A DNA stretch of 64,000 nt from Monocercomonoides exilis PA203 (GCA_001643675.2 LSRY02000067.1:205242-269241); one strand, 5' to 3'; counted from the stretch's first letter, positions 11,150 to 25,104 are shown. Made by a program: numbers and translations. The notes: generated by a model not told the origin, from the sequence alone.

Positions 11150-13894
11150 GCAGAAACACCAAAATTATTCAACTCCAAAATAATCGAAATGAATGATGGC
11201 AATTTATATCCTTCTTGACAATCGCAATAAAATGACCTTGTTCCAATATATCTGTTGAGTGTTTAATGCAACCAACCAAATCATAAACGACAGATCCCTC
11301 AATGTCATACAAAATCAAATCCCTTTCTTATTTTTATTTAAATGGGTTTGAAATTTCCAAGTCATTCGGTACCTGTCCCTTTTCAACAAACACAAAAGAT
11401 TTTAGGAATGCGAAAACCCGAACAGTTTCTATGACATTGTGATTAATTGACAGAATTTCTGGGAATGAAACGAAATGCACGAACGGAATGCAAGGTTGGT
11501 CCGTTTCACACCTATTACACCTTCGATTTCGTTGTTCTGTGATAAGATTAATGTTTGTTAGTAATTTTAACAAGATTTCGATAATGTCAGATCCATTTAC
11601 AGTGAAATAATACCTTGTTTCACGATCCGAGACAAAGAAATTTTCACAATGAGTGCATTTACGAACGTTTTGGCTGAAGATTGAAAACATATGATAGATT
11701 TTAATCTTTTTATCCGACAACATATCCAACATTTGATCAAAAACATCAGTCAGTTTTTGTGCCACATTTCTTGGTCCAATTTTCAATTCGTAAAAGTTCC
11801 ATATAGCTGTTCCATTCCAAACATTGCTGTTCTTTTTTGACTTCCGGAGCATTTCGAATAATTGAATGAACTCTGCTTGTTCATTGTTCATCATTGCAAC
11901 TTGATTGCTGTTTATGTCATGTGCAGCGAAACATTGACAAATAGAAGATAATGAACAGACACTTCCTTTGTTCACAAGACATTTTTTTTGATTCCAATTG
12001 TTGCAACACACATAAACGTGATTTCTCTTCAATTTCATCATCCCGTTTGAGTGCATTTGAAAACGGTTTTTGTAGTTCATTTGAATCTTTCTTTCTTTTT
12101 TCCATATTTTCTTCAGCTTCAAATTGATTACTATTAAGATAATCAATTGTTCTTTCAATTGAAGAAGATGAGAGAGATGTTTTTTCATTTGGAGCAGATG
12201 GTTATTGTGAGTTAGATGATTGTTATGCAGCAAATGATGGAAAATTTTGCAGAGAGGAAAAGTTAACTCTTTATTCAAATCAAATTTTGTTTCTTTAAAA
12301 TTTGAAAACGACTGTTTTTGCAACATTTAAGAACCAAATGATGATGATTTCAATGATAAAAAATATTAAGATATTTAAAATGCAGTTGAAGTTGAAGAAG
12401 AAGAGGATCAAAAGAACGATTTTTCAACTATTGGAGTCTTTTTCGAAGGTTTCTTCTTGTTAGAAAAGAGTCGGAAAAACATTTTCTATGAAAGAGATGA
12501 ACAATTCAAAGTTCTTGCAAATGAAGGTTAAAGGAAGTCAAAATGCAATTATTGGAAGATGAAAAAAAAGTGTTATGAAGAAGATGAGGAGGAGGAAATG
12601 AAAATTTTTATATGGAAGAACATCTGATGATTCTGGAGTAGTCAAAAAAAATGAATCGAGTTGTTTAATGTTGAGATATTATTTGGCTGTTTGGAGGGAT
12701 GTGCTGTTGTTGGAGAAGACTCGAAAAAAATATGTAACGAAGAAATCAAATGAAGAGAAATTCTTGAAGAAAAATGCTGAAAAGAAGAATAACTCGTTGA
12801 AGAAAAAGGAACATATGAGAATAATGGAAATGTGTTGAAAGGAGAGTCAGGTGAAATGGAAGGCGGAGATGAGAAAGGAGAAGGAAATGAAGTCAACCAT
12901 GAAGAAAAAGACTGAACATGAAGAGGGTAAAATGAAGATGCTTCTTTTCCACTATCTTCTTCGTCATATCTCTTGTTCGATGATATCTCACTTTCATCAT
13001 CAAAACTGAGTAAAAATTCCTCACTAATATTTTCATTTATTTCACTTCTTCTGCATGAATTTTCTTTCGGAAGCAGTTTCCTTTTTCTGTGTTGAATCCA
13101 ATAAGCATCATCACTTAAGGATATTTCTATATTGTATCCGTATTCATTTCGTAATTCCTTTTGTGCATAATTTTCAGTTAAAGCAATAATCATCATATTC
13201 TTGATGGGAGCAGAAGCATCATTGAACGCAAACTACAATTCTTTCACAAGACATGTGAGAGGTGCTGCATTGATTCATTTCAACAGACAGATATCGAAAG
13301 AAAAAAAATCAGAAAAACAAAAAGACGAAACAGAAAAGCAAATACAAGGAAATAATTTTTTTGATTAAAAAAATAAAAATATATGGGTAATTCTTTTTGA
13401 AAAGTCACAAATGTTCAATTTTCAAATAAATCAAAATTTTCATATTTTGATAAATATGTTGTTTACAAATATCAAACTTAACTTAAATGGAATCTCCTTT
13501 TGGATAATGCTATTCTATGCAGTCAAGAGAATCAACGTTAATGTTAATAGAAATTAGAGAAAAATACGAAGATTTAACATTATTTGAAAATTAAACATTT
13601 GCGACTTTTCAAAAAGAATCACCCATATATGTACATATAAAAAGACATGCAGTTTGGTGATTTCATGGACTCAAGATAAAATGATTTTCCTAAATCGTTT
13701 TCGTTCACAAAATACGTGAACGCAACAAAGGCTCTTTCATAAAGCATATTTTGTTGCAACTTTTCGAGGCGATCCACATCTGCTTTAATAGATTTCCTGC
13801 TCATTCCAAGATTTCTTTGCCAGTATTGAACTGTGAAAATATTTTTCTCAACAATCGATTTTGAAACAAAAATGCAAATATTTTCAAGATTCAA
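11150..13894 (-). pseudogene. Degenerate multi-exon gene: family N-terminal module, Ser/Pro-rich linker, USP (peptidase C19) domain
   Basis: Cys-box-like CLVNKGSVCSLSSICQCF; Zn ribbon CTHC...CNRC; past two TAA stops a His box YDLVGCIKHS...QGHFIAIVK. N-terminal parts KSIKADVDRLE and FNDASAPIKNMMIIAL...EYGY match the loci at 52178 and 62983. Confidence 0.75.
13381..13628. mobile_element. MITE family B (ATATGGGTGATT termini), copy within the USP pseudogene
   Basis: ~49-bp TIRs ATATGGGTAATTCTTTTTGAAAAGTCACAAATG / CATTTGCGACTTTTCAAAAAGAATCACCCATAT in a TA-rich site. Confidence 0.8.
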
Positions 13895-14386
13895 AACGAT
13901 AAAAAAAAAGGAAGGAAGGAAAAAGCTGCTTTAAGATTGATCAACAAATCGATGCTTCAAAAAAGTTAAACAAAATAAAAAAAGTTCATTTTTAAGTTTA
14001 GAAAGTTAAGTGATCGTTTTGTGTTGATTAGTTTAAAAATGATTTAAAATCTGCATTCATTAATATTGGGTGATTTTTTTTTTGAAATCGTAACATTTTT
14101 CGGTGTATTGTTTTTTTAAAGGTTTTGCATCAATCATAAAATTATTCTCTCGCAGATGATAAATGAAACAGAATAAGAACATAAGCTTAAGTTCAATTTG
14201 AAAAAAATTTTTTTTGATTTTTTTATAATTATCAATATAAAAAAAAATTTATAATTTCTTCAATCTTCATTCACACATTTTTTCCTTCAGTCTTTTTCTT
14301 AACAAACAAAAAAGATTATGACACATACTGAAAATATAAAACACACTTATGAAAAAAAACAAAAAGGAATGATTTCATATTCAAAG

Positions 14387-14651
14387 ATATGGGTGATTAT
14401 TTTGAAAAGAATATTTTTTCTTTTAAAATATTCGGTTCAAAAATTTCACTTGAACATTAAAAAAGAATATTGAAAATGGAAAACACTAACAAATTACATC
14501 ATCATTTTTATTTCAACTTCAACATTTGTGATTGTAATGATTATAATTAAATTTATCATCAAAATACAAAATTTCTTTTCAGTGACAAACAACCTTTGAA
14601 AAATCAACACCCCGAAAAAATAGATGGTTTCAAAAATTATCATTCTCATAT
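14387..14651. mobile_element. MITE family B, diverged copy
   Basis: Starts ATATGGGTGATTATTTTGAAA; right part AAATCAACACCCCGAAAAAA matches the reverse complement of the 38723 copy. Confidence 0.6.
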
Positions 14652-15499
14652 ATTTTTTATCCCATTCATAAAATAAAAATAATTTTTAATTCATTAATTT
14701 ATCAATTAAACATTTTAATAAAATGTTAATGATATTTAAAAAACTTTAAAAAAATATATTTCTTATTTTCTTTGATATAACAAAGAATTTTTTATTTTTT
14801 ATTCAAAAATTTAACTAAATATTTTAATATATATTGTTGAATAACTGAAAAGTTTGTTTTATTTTATAAAATAATTAATTAATTAATTCATATTAAAAAC
14901 ACTATTGTTCATTTTAAATAATATTTACATGTATTGAAATCTATTTATTGTTTATTAATCAAATAAATTTTTTATAAATATAATGTTATCATTTCTTTAT
15001 ATTAAAATTAATTGATAAAAAAATTTTGCAAAAAAGATCGAAAGAAAGAATCAATTTTTAAGCCAAATATGCTATTTATATATCTAGAATTTTGATATAA
15101 AACAGTTCGTTTCAAAGGTTAACATTTATTTAATTAATGTTTTTAACTTATCTATTAAAATAGTTTGAAAGGATCAAGTTACCATCAGCATATATAGTTT
15201 TTTTATTGTTATAATTGGTAATAGTGAAACTTATAATTTTAAATAATTTTGGTATTTGTTTATTAGGTTAATATCAACATAAAAAACGAAGTTCAAAATT
15301 ATAAAAAATATTGTTTGATATTTCTTCAAAATCTATTTTTTGGTATATATCAAATAAGTTTTTTTTTTCTAATTATTTTAAGTTGTACATAATTAATTCT
15401 TTTTTATGCATTAATTAATTATTCTTACCCTTTCATCAAGGAAGTGTTGTTCAATGGTTATTTTTTCCTAAAAATGCAAAGCAGCAAATTTTTTGTTAC

Positions 15500-16717
15500 A
15501 GCGTTACAGAAGGTTCCTTTGGAAGTGTTGATAATACTGAATGCCACTCGTTTGAAAGCACTCCGTTTTCCTTGAACGAAGAAACAACAGTTGCAGGAAG
15601 AAATGCTGTCTAAAGAGCTTGTGAGAGAACGTTGGAAATGGCCTCACGTTAAAGAGAAATGGAAGAAACCGGAGACACAGAGTATAGAGAGTTGATGCAT
15701 TTTTTGAAGACTGCAAACACACCACGATCATGAGGTTGTGTGATGTGTGAACTGTGTGGAATAAAAGTGACGACGTCAATGTTGTTATCAGTAAATTTCT
15801 GCCATACGTCAGGCTGAGCCCGAGATGAGTGAGAATTTAAAAGAAGAAGACATCTCTCATTAATTTTCATTAATATTTTCCTTCTTTCGATGATTCCAGT
15901 TAATAAAACCTCTTCTGCGTATCTTTGAAATATGCTTTCCGTCATCCATCCATCGTTGTTATCCCAATCATCAATGAATGCGCTCAGAAGAACTCGCATT
16001 TCCTTTGGTAATTTGTGGCATGGCCACAACACAATGCTTTTGAGAGAATATCCATCTGCAGCAGCTGTTATAACCAAAGTGGCATTTGGCATGTTTGTGG
16101 GTGTTGTATGAAATACAGCTGGAACTCCTGTGGGGTGAATCACAAGAGTTTTGAAGGAATCCGATAAGCGGAGTGAAGATTCATCGGTGTTAAAAATTAA
16201 AGAAGGTGAATAATGATGTGAATTGTGAAGATTTTGCAGAAGCTCGTAGAAAGGAAGAAGAGCTTGTTGATTGGATACTGAAAGACGTTGGATATCCACA
16301 TTTCTGGGCATAGAAGCTTTGAGCTCAGAATTCCTTTTTGCAAATAGATATGGATATGATTTGGACACACTGGTGGTTTCATCAACATCAGTTTCTGATC
16401 GTCTTTTTTTGTCGGAAAGGACGGATTCCATCTGAAAAATATTTATAATTATAAACGAAAGATAAATAAATGTGAAATCAAACTAATTCTCTTGTTCTCT
16501 TTGCATTTAAACTTGTTCCGGATAAACTTTCGATTTTAATAACTCCAACAATTATATTTTTGTCCTCTTCATTGAATAGTTCTGGCCTGCCAGGTGTTGC
16601 AACAGCTCTGCCGCTTTCAATTTCTGAAACTGCTTTGATAACTGCAGAAAGAGAGAATTCTTTGGTGTTTATTGTATCAAAAATTCGAACATTGCAATCA
16701 ACAACAATTCGCAACAT
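15500..16717 (-). pseudogene. pogo/Fot1-type (DDE_1, DD35D) transposase with one intron, inactivated
   Basis: IFNTDESSL, TLVITAAADG, DGWMTESIF, LLLLNSHSS (second Asp replaced by Asn), HSSHITQPHDRGVF. GT-AG intron 16432-16483 joins RTREL to MESVL in frame; premature stop at 15649. Confidence 0.85.
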
Positions 16718-17216
16718 GCGTTCTTAACGATTTTCAATTCTTCAATATTCGAATAATATCATTTTAGCTCAACGATTTAACTGACCTCATTCTTTTCAAT
16801 TCTTCACAACATTTTCATGAAAAGAAAAATTGATTATGATCTTTTTCCATTTGGAGGAAAATATGGACTTTCAAGCTTTTTATGCATAATGCAAAAAATG
16901 TTTGTTTCGCTCATAACTTTGTTTTGATCCCTCAGATTTGAAAATAAATTTGTATTTAATATCCGCAAACAGGCATCATTGAAATCAAAACATAAAGAAA
17001 TGTGACATTCCACGAATGTCTGAAAACTTTTCCATTTAAATTGCATTTTTTGATCACAAAAAGTCAATGAAAAGTGCAAATTTTTTCTATGAAAATGCCT
17101 GAAGTGAAATATTTTCCACCATTTTGTTAAAAAAAACCATTTTTGAAATAAAAAGAACATTTTGAAAAAATTTTCTCTTTGATCATTTTCTTTCTTTTAA
17201 ATTGCCGTAATCATAA

Positions 17217-17294
17217 CCTTATCTCCTCGGGGGAGGCACTCATCAGAGATGGAGGAGCTAACCCCCCACATCTCTCTCCCCATTAGAGATAAGG
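17217..17294. other. GC-rich imperfect hairpin (possible structured RNA or element end)
   Basis: Nested stems CCTTATCTC/GAGATAAGG, GGGGAG/CTCCCC and AGAGATG/CATCTCT in an AT-rich setting. Confidence 0.5.
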
Positions 17295-17740
17295 AATAGA
17301 AATTATTTCTTAATAAGTTATCACTTCCTTTTCCTTTATATCGAAAACAGAAGTTAAATAGTGTGTTTAAGAAAAATTATCATCAAACATAATCGGAATT
17401 TTAAACATCAAAATTCACTTTGATCGTTGATCAATAAACATTCAAATATTATGACTTCATTCAAACGTAATTTTGAATGAATTTGATCTCAAACATCGTC
17501 CTTTTTAACAATTATCATGAATTATATATATATATATATATTAATTGAAAAAATAATTTTTTTCCCATGAAATAAAACGTTTAAAGAATAAACACTTGGA
17601 AATGAGTCATGATTTCAAAAATAATCACTCACATGACAAAAATTGAAATGAGAAAGAAATGAGAATCCAAAAATGAAAAACTCACAAGTGGAATTCTTAT
17701 ATCTTCTTCAACTGAAAGGCCAAAAGCTGGTGCTTGTGCA

Positions 17741-17927
17741 AAAACTTTCACACTTGGCACTTTCTTTCGAAATACTCATCCAAATTCTGAAATGTGAAAG
17801 CCCTTTGCATTTTGATGAAACAAGAAATTTTTATTTGAACAACATCTTGGATTTCGACTGGAAAATCAAGAATTAAAATTTTCAGAAAAAAAAGTGTTTC
17901 ATCAATTCCTTCTCTTGTTTGAGAGAA
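17741..17927 (+). repeat. Left ITR of the DIRS element
   Basis: Reverse complement of 27481-27667; no mismatch seen by eye. Confidence 0.9.
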
Positions 17928-18007
17928 GCTACAATCTATCGGTCAGTCTCCACATTTGATCAATGATGTCAACTTCACAATTCCCTCCGATTGTTGGACT
18001 TTAGTCG

Positions 18008-18950
18008 TTGGCTGATTCTGCAGTGCAGCACAGCAGGGAGCAAAGCCAACCAGAGATCTTGTCTCAACCGAACATCTTTTCTTCCTCTTCAATTTTCTCA
18101 CCTTCATCATCTGATAGTTTTGAACAGGAGGTGACCCCTTCAGCTGGCAGGAAAGAAAATGAAAATAACTTTGATATATCCCAACTTATATATCAGGAGT
18201 TTATGGACATTTTTGGACAGTCGCCAAATCATTCAATTTTTGATCGAAGGCTTTCCCCAAGATTCGTTCAAGATGTTGTTGAGGAGAATGCAACACAGGA
18301 TTTTAGCCTGTTGTAATCTCTTGAACCTCCAGCAGCCAAGAGAACAACAAACGAAATTAACGATGCATTTGATCAAACAGGTTACAAGGTGGAGATTTTT
18401 CTTTTCCAGGCAATTGATGCTGCGCTCATTGGCTCAGCCGAGATACCGACTTTAAGTGAAGGTGCAAAACAAAGATTGGCTTTCATCTTGATAAAGATTA
18501 CCAAGGCTCTTCAAGAGGCACGAACGGTTCGAATTCAAGGCAGGTTTGGTTTTAGGGCTGCCACAACGATGAGAACAGACGCTTCTTCAAAAATCTTCAT
18601 AGAGAGATAGGAACTGGTTCTCAAAGAAACAAGGCAATGAGCCAAGCTTGAAAGAGGCTTCCAAAGACCAGCACTTCCTATTATGCGAGTTCAGGCCCAT
18701 GTTAAAAAACAACCAGGTGCACTTTAAAGATAATTAGGTTATTCCATTTCTCGTACAAACCCACGGTTTTTTCGGAGATACCCCAGGTCCTCAGCCCTCT
18801 CAAGAAGATATCAATTCGAAAGAAGGAGGAGCCAGAGCAGTTGGGACAGGAGACCAAGGAGGCGTAAACAATTTTAGGTCCAAAACACAAGGAAACAGAG
18901 CAGAGGAGGTAGATAGGAGGGAGAACCGTTTTGATTATCTCTTAATGTGA
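18008..18950 (+). pseudogene. DIRS gag-like ORF with in-frame stops
   Basis: ORFs 18008-18316 and 18389-18610 are in the same frame, separated by a stop; Arg/Gln-rich tail overlaps pol; position between ITR and RT. Confidence 0.55.
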
Positions 18951-18969
18951 ACGAATCGGAGGAGAAAAA

Positions 18970-19769
18970 TTGAAAAGCAGAGGAGTGCAGGCCAGGTGGA
19001 GAAGCAAGCAAGACAGAAAATCTCTCAGCCAAGTGCAGTTCAGAGACGTAGAGTTGCTCCTCAACCAACAAAAAATCCAGGAATTCAAGATGATATTAGA
19101 AGAACAAATACGAACAGGAGTCATTATCCCGATGGAGCAGAAGGATGTGAAATACAGAAACAATATCTTCCTCATTCAAAAGAAGTCAGGCAGCTGGAGA
19201 CAAATTCTCGATTGTCGGAAACTAAATGCAGTGGTGAAAGGAACACATATCAAGTGCGACGTAGAGAAAACAGTGGAACGACTAATAAGACTGAAAGATT
19301 ACGCAGTATCCCTAGATTTGGAACAAGCTTATTATTTGATTCCAGTTTCAAGAGAACTTATTCCCTATCTTGCTTTCAGATTCATGGGAAAAGACTGCTC
19401 CTTCAAAGGCATTCCATTCGGCTTTGTTGATGCACTACGCCTATTCACACACATAATGAGGAAGGTGACAGCGGAGATAAGAAGAAGATGTGATGTCAAA
19501 GTCGTTGCCTATTTGGACGATCTTCTTTTTCTTCGTGAAGATCAAGTCGAAAATAAATTGATTCGAAAACCTTCTTGTTTTTAGAAAGCCTTGGTCTTCT
19601 GATCAACAAAAAAAAATGCAACCTCATACCCAGTTCGCAGTTCAGCTTCCTGGGATACGAATGGAACACAACAAGCTTAGATGTGTGCCTAAAGGAAAAA
19701 AGAAAAAAGGCATTGCGAGAGCTGTGTCGCTAGTGGGAGAGAAGGTGTTTAAGAGACAAGACTGTCAGA
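18970..19769 (+). pseudogene. DIRS reverse transcriptase (5' part of pol)
   Basis: FLIQKKSGSWRQILDCRKLN, VSLDLEQAY, GIPFG, VAYLDDLLF; frameshift near 19550 and a later stop. Confidence 0.92.
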
Positions 19770-22700
19770 GGCATAAGTCTAAATGCGCTCCTTTTGCAAA
19801 TTGCGTTTTTGAACCCTCAAATTATGATGAATAAATAGATAATAATTATTTAAAAACTATTTATGGACCGATTTTTCGAAAAAAATTTTTCTTTTTGAAA
19901 ATAATGATTATTGAAAAATGACCCATAAAAACATGAAATTATTAAAAAATAAACAAAATTATCAGTAAATATGGATTTTTGCCCATCAGAACGGTTTGCA
20001 TTATTATATAGACTTATTTTATTTGTAAGCTTTCATCAAAAAAATATAAATCACAAACAAAAATTTTATTAAATATCTTTGATCCAACCCACAATAAAAT
20101 TTTTAATATTTGGAAAAATTGAATATGCTGTTTTCGGTTAATAAGAATTCAATAGTTTGCTATCCTTTCATTTTTGTATGTAAATTTAAGTATATTATTA
20201 TATGTGCACTTGTTTTATATTGAAAACAGCTTTTATTTAAAATCAAGAGAACTTGTTGATATGCGCTTTATTTTTAAGAAGCAACAGGAGATACATTTCA
20301 ATAATGATGGTAATGTATTGAAAAAGTTTTGTTTAAACTCTGACTGAATAAAAATTGTTCAATTTAATTGAAACTTTGAAAAACTGACATTCTCTTTCAT
20401 TTTTTATCTTTCATTTTTGAACTCTGCATGATTAAAACATTAAGAAAGGAATTATTAAAATATGTTTCAGCAAAGAAGTTATTAATTAATCTATCGTTTA
20501 GAAATGTTTATATTTCATTCATTGAAAAGTGATTTTTGAATTTGTTCTTTGTTTACTTGATCCTAGTGTCACGGATGATGATAAAAATATGTAGTGGAAT
20601 AATTATAATTTGCAAGCAAAGTGAATAAATAATTGATAGAAAAATATTGAAACTGCTTTAGAAATTATAAAGATCATATCTTTTTCACAAATAATATATT
20701 CATTTCATTCTTTAAATTGTTTTATAAACATCAAACAATAATTACTAAGATGCAAATAAAGATGTGTTTCCTTTAAACAAACGAAAACATACAATATAAT
20801 GTGAACAACAAGAAAATTTGAAAATTATTGTTGCAATAAAGTGAAAAAGTCCTAATAAATATTGAAAAATGTTTTTGCTTTCATCCACACATTTCATCCC
20901 CTCGTTGTTATTCCTTCTTCATGTGAATTAGAGATTGCAAAATCTTTCATCAAAACAGAACTGTTAACAATATCCACAAGAGATTCATCCCATTTGTACA
21001 TCTCTTCCTTTATCCTCATTTACATGCTTTCCTTCTTTTTCTTCTCCTTCCTTTCCATCAAACGCACATTATCCAATCAGCACATCCACGCACTAACATA
21101 TCCTTATCATCCTTCCTCTCTTGTTTGTGCACTTGCATTGAGCAAAAGAGCAGTTCAGCACATTCAACACCCTTTCAGCTCCATCCATCTTCATCACGCT
21201 TCCTTCAATAGCCACTGAAATATTCTCAAACTTCACTTCCTTCATCTCTGTTTTCGCTTTTCCCCCAACTCTCACAACTTCCCCCTCACACTCGATATTC
21301 AACATTCTGGTTTCAACAATTGACACACCCAATTCTCCACAGAATGACAGAAGTGGCACAGATGAATGAATTCCACTGAACAGCGTTTCGCTCATCTTCA
21401 GCTCTCCACTCTCCACATCAAGAATCATCCTCTCCATCACAAGATCCATTGCAGACGAGCTGAAAAAGCATTCTGAAATTTCCAATCTCTCATCCTTCTC
21501 TTTCAAAACACTCTCTTCAACCCCTTCAAATTCCTCTCCAAACACAAACAAACACCTCTCCACAACACACTCATTCACAAACACAATCACACTTCCTTCA
21601 CTTCCCATCTCTTGAATGGCTTCATTGAAATGAATTGTTCCCTTCGCCTTCTTTATTGACTTCACGCACAAATCTCCAACAACGCACTCCCCTCCAATGT
21701 CTCCTTCTCCATCAATCAGAATCATTTTCACAACACTTCGTCAGATGTGTTGCACACCATTTCCAATGCTCTCACACTGATTGCTCTGTGCTCCACACTG
21801 CCTGCTGTCACTCCCATTCACACACACAAACACCTGTGAAGAATAATAGAATGTGATCAGCGGAATCAGATCAACATCATCCCTTTCCTTGTCTGACCCA
21901 CATATCGAGTTCTCCTCCTTCAGTACCTCCTGGCTGAAGTCCAGTCCAGATAGTCTTTCATTCAACTGTAACTTAATTGAGTTACACCGAATGAACACAT
22001 CCTTCCCCACAAACGCATCATTCATCATGAATCGGATATACTCCAGTTTCACCCCAAGAGCTGGCATTTCCTTTTCGACTGATTTAGCATTCGGATCAAT
22101 TGCATCAATCATCGCCCCTCCTCCTCTTCCATCTTCAGTTGAGCACATACACATCACAAATGAGCATCCTCTCACTTTCAATTCTGATTCCCCTCTCTTC
22201 AAACACGCCTTTATCCCTCCTCCTTCTTTGCTCTTCTCACTTATGCACTTCGTCAGCACACACCCTTCGATCTCACATTCCATCCCAGATGAAAATGATC
22301 CAACATTCATCACGCATGCTCTGTTTTCTGAACATGTGATATATGTGAACGAGGAGTCGTTCACCCTCACGATTTTTTTTGTTTTCTGTTGCTTTATCGA
22401 TCAACATGTTTGACAGCAACGGCTGACTCAGCGAAATTAAACTGCTTCTTGAGAATGTTGTGTTCGAAACAGACACATTCATCACATCAATCACTTCCAC
22501 TTCAGGGACAAACTCTAAAACCCCTTTGGCCAGATTGAAGAGAGAAATGGTGCAATCCTCAACCACCACACTCCCTCCATCTGCTTTTATCAAGCAATAA
22601 ATCACTTTCATTATTTCATCCTCGCATACAAAAGAGCATCTCACAACTGAAAGTGTTGCAGAGGAGAATGATAATGAATGAATGAATGATAAATGATTCC

Positions 22701-25104
22701 CTAATTCATTTGGAAGAGAAAATGAAATATTGATGAATGAACCAATAACATTCGATGCTATCATTCCCCCTTCTCTTCCTTCACCTTTATTCCTTCCACC
22801 CTCACTCACTTTCAGATCTGTTCCTTCTCTCTCTCCCTCAATTGACACAACTGGAGTTATTGATAATAATTTTGATGATAAAAATGAAATAGATTTTTGA
22901 AGAGACCCTGATCCAACAATCTTGATGTGCGATTCGCCTTTTCCAAGTGGTTCATATCTCAGCGATATCAAGTGATCAATTGATGAGCATGGTGCTTCTG
23001 AATATCCACATCCACTAAAGTCTCCTCCATTTTCCTTCGAAACGAACACATTCCTACTCCAATTATCCCACAGATAAACAACCAGTGGAATCACATATCC
23101 ATTTTCTCCTGTTGTCTTCCTTTCCCATCCACACAGCTCATCCAATAACTTCTCATCACTTGCACTCAACTCCTCTTTCAGTTGTTCGTTCGAAATAACC
23201 TCGTCCAGCTCATTTCCTGATTTGAACACTTTCTTCCCTTTCCAAGCATTGCACTGGCTGAATGTCACTCCTTCCATCTTAAATGATCACATTGCATCTG
23301 CCAAACTCACAAACATCCCTCCTCCCATTCCTCTTCCTTTCTGCAAGTTGTCCTCTGTTGGCACCTGGAATCCTGTGAATGCTACGCTTTTAATCTCCAA
23401 ACTTCCACTCTCCCCGACCGATATCATCATCCCTCCTCCTTTCATCCCACTTCCTCCTGTACATATTGATGAAAAACTGCAGTTATTCACTACTGCGCTT
23501 CCTTCTGCTTGTATCTCTGCACCGATGCATCCTCCTCCTTCTCCGCTCCCACCTTCCACCGTCACTCCACTCACTCTGCCGTTCTTTTTGTCCAACTTCT
23601 CTTCATTGGTTATTGTTATTGGTGATTTGCCGTTCATCGTCAGCGTCACTCCACCCTCCATCACAAATTTATCAACAATCAGTTCTCCTTCATTAATCTT
23701 CAATCCTGCTTCAGATTTCTTGATTGATAAAACGCATCCTCTGGTTTCATTCAACGAATCCACTCTAACATTCACCAGATGGCAAATGACTCCAACATCA
23801 TGAATGACAAATATACTGTTTCCAACATTACATGAATCCATCGAGAAATCATTCACTTCCACGCTGCCTCCAATCACATCCACAAATACACAATCAAATC
23901 CATTGTTCACTTCTGCTTCTGAATGAAATGAACATTCACTTACCACCAAATCTCCATTTTTGCTCGAAATAATCGATTTGGCTGAGTTGTCAAATCCAGA
24001 TGCCAGTTGCAGTTGGATATTCCTCAATTCGAGGTGAATTTCATTTTCCATGAAATATTCCAATTGACTTCCAATTTCCTTTTCAAAATTCAAAGTTGTT
24101 TTCAAATTCTCTTCTCCAATCTTCACACTTTTTTTAATCTGATAATTGGACAAGTTGAATGAATCTTGAATAACTGTGGATCCTTCAGTCTCAATTGTTT
24201 TCTTTCCAGTCCCCTTTTCCATGTTTTCCATCCGCTTCAGCATTGTTTGGCATAGCTCATCCTCACATCTACAGCTCTCAACATCAGATCCACTAGAAAA
24301 GCTATATCAATCTCATTCTTTATATTTTTGAAAACATACAAACAACAAACTTTAATAAAGTCCATTGTTTTAATAACTCAACATAATATTGCATTGAAAA
24401 ATTGAAGTTTATCTGGGTAAAAAGTTTCATTTAATAATGCAATGATCTTATCTAATTCAAAAAAAACATAGAAATATAAAAGAACAAGAAAATATAAGAA
24501 ATATTAAAGCAAAATAAATAATATTGTTATTTAAAGAGTCTTCTATAACCTTTTGCGTTCCTTTGCGAACGTAAATGAACTAATATTAGGTAGTTTAAAA
24601 TATTCAAGCAAAAAGGTACACTTTAATGTGACTGTGAAAAAAAGCTGTTTTCAATATAAAACAAGTGCACATATAATAATATACTTAAATTTACATACAA
24701 AAATGAAAGGATAGCAAACTATTGAATTCTTATTAACCGAAAACAGCATATTCAATTTTTCCAAATATTAAAAATTTTATTGTGGGTTGGATCAAAGATA
24801 TTTAATAAAATTTTTGTTTGTGATTTATATTTTTTTGATGAAAGCTTACAAATAAAATAAGTCTATATAATAATGCAAACCGTTCTGATGGGCAAAAATC
24901 CATATTTACTGATAATTTTGTTTATTTTTTAATAATTTCATGTTTTTATGGGTCATTTTTCAATAATCATTATTTTCAAAAAGAAAAATTTTTTTCGAAA
25001 AATCGGTCCATAAATAGTTTTTAAATAATTATTATCTATTTATTCATCATAATTTGAGGGTTCAAAAACGCAATTTGCAAAAGGAGCGCATTTAGACTTA
25101 TGCC
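19770..25104. mobile_element. Non-autonomous gene-capturing DNA transposon (Pack-type; Merlin/MULE-like ends)
   Basis: 465-bp TIRs at 19770-20234 and 24640-25104 starting GGCATAAGTC; 8-bp TSD CTGTCAGA at 19762-19769 and 25105-25112; removing the element and one TSD restores the pol frame DKTVR|VKDLAS. Confidence 0.93.
20990..24303 (-). pseudogene. Captured internal fragment of a large Cys/Gly-repeat (beta-helix-like) surface protein gene
   Basis: Repeated GGG(C/M/I), CxFxxC, GxDxxxCG...(P)CxSI and GKDVF motifs across ORFs 23287-24243, 22273-23277, 21741-22370 and 21093-21731, joined by stops and a frameshift; starts and ends mid-protein. Confidence 0.8.

Noticed and set aside
17217-17294. 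Hammerhead ribozyme (CTGATGAG on the minus strand here and on the plus strand at ~62513)
   Set aside because: No stem II followed by GAAA in the required position at either site.
21853-23803. Plus-strand ORFs inside the Pack element as a possible transposase
   Set aside because: They are antisense to the captured gene and have no DDE motifs.
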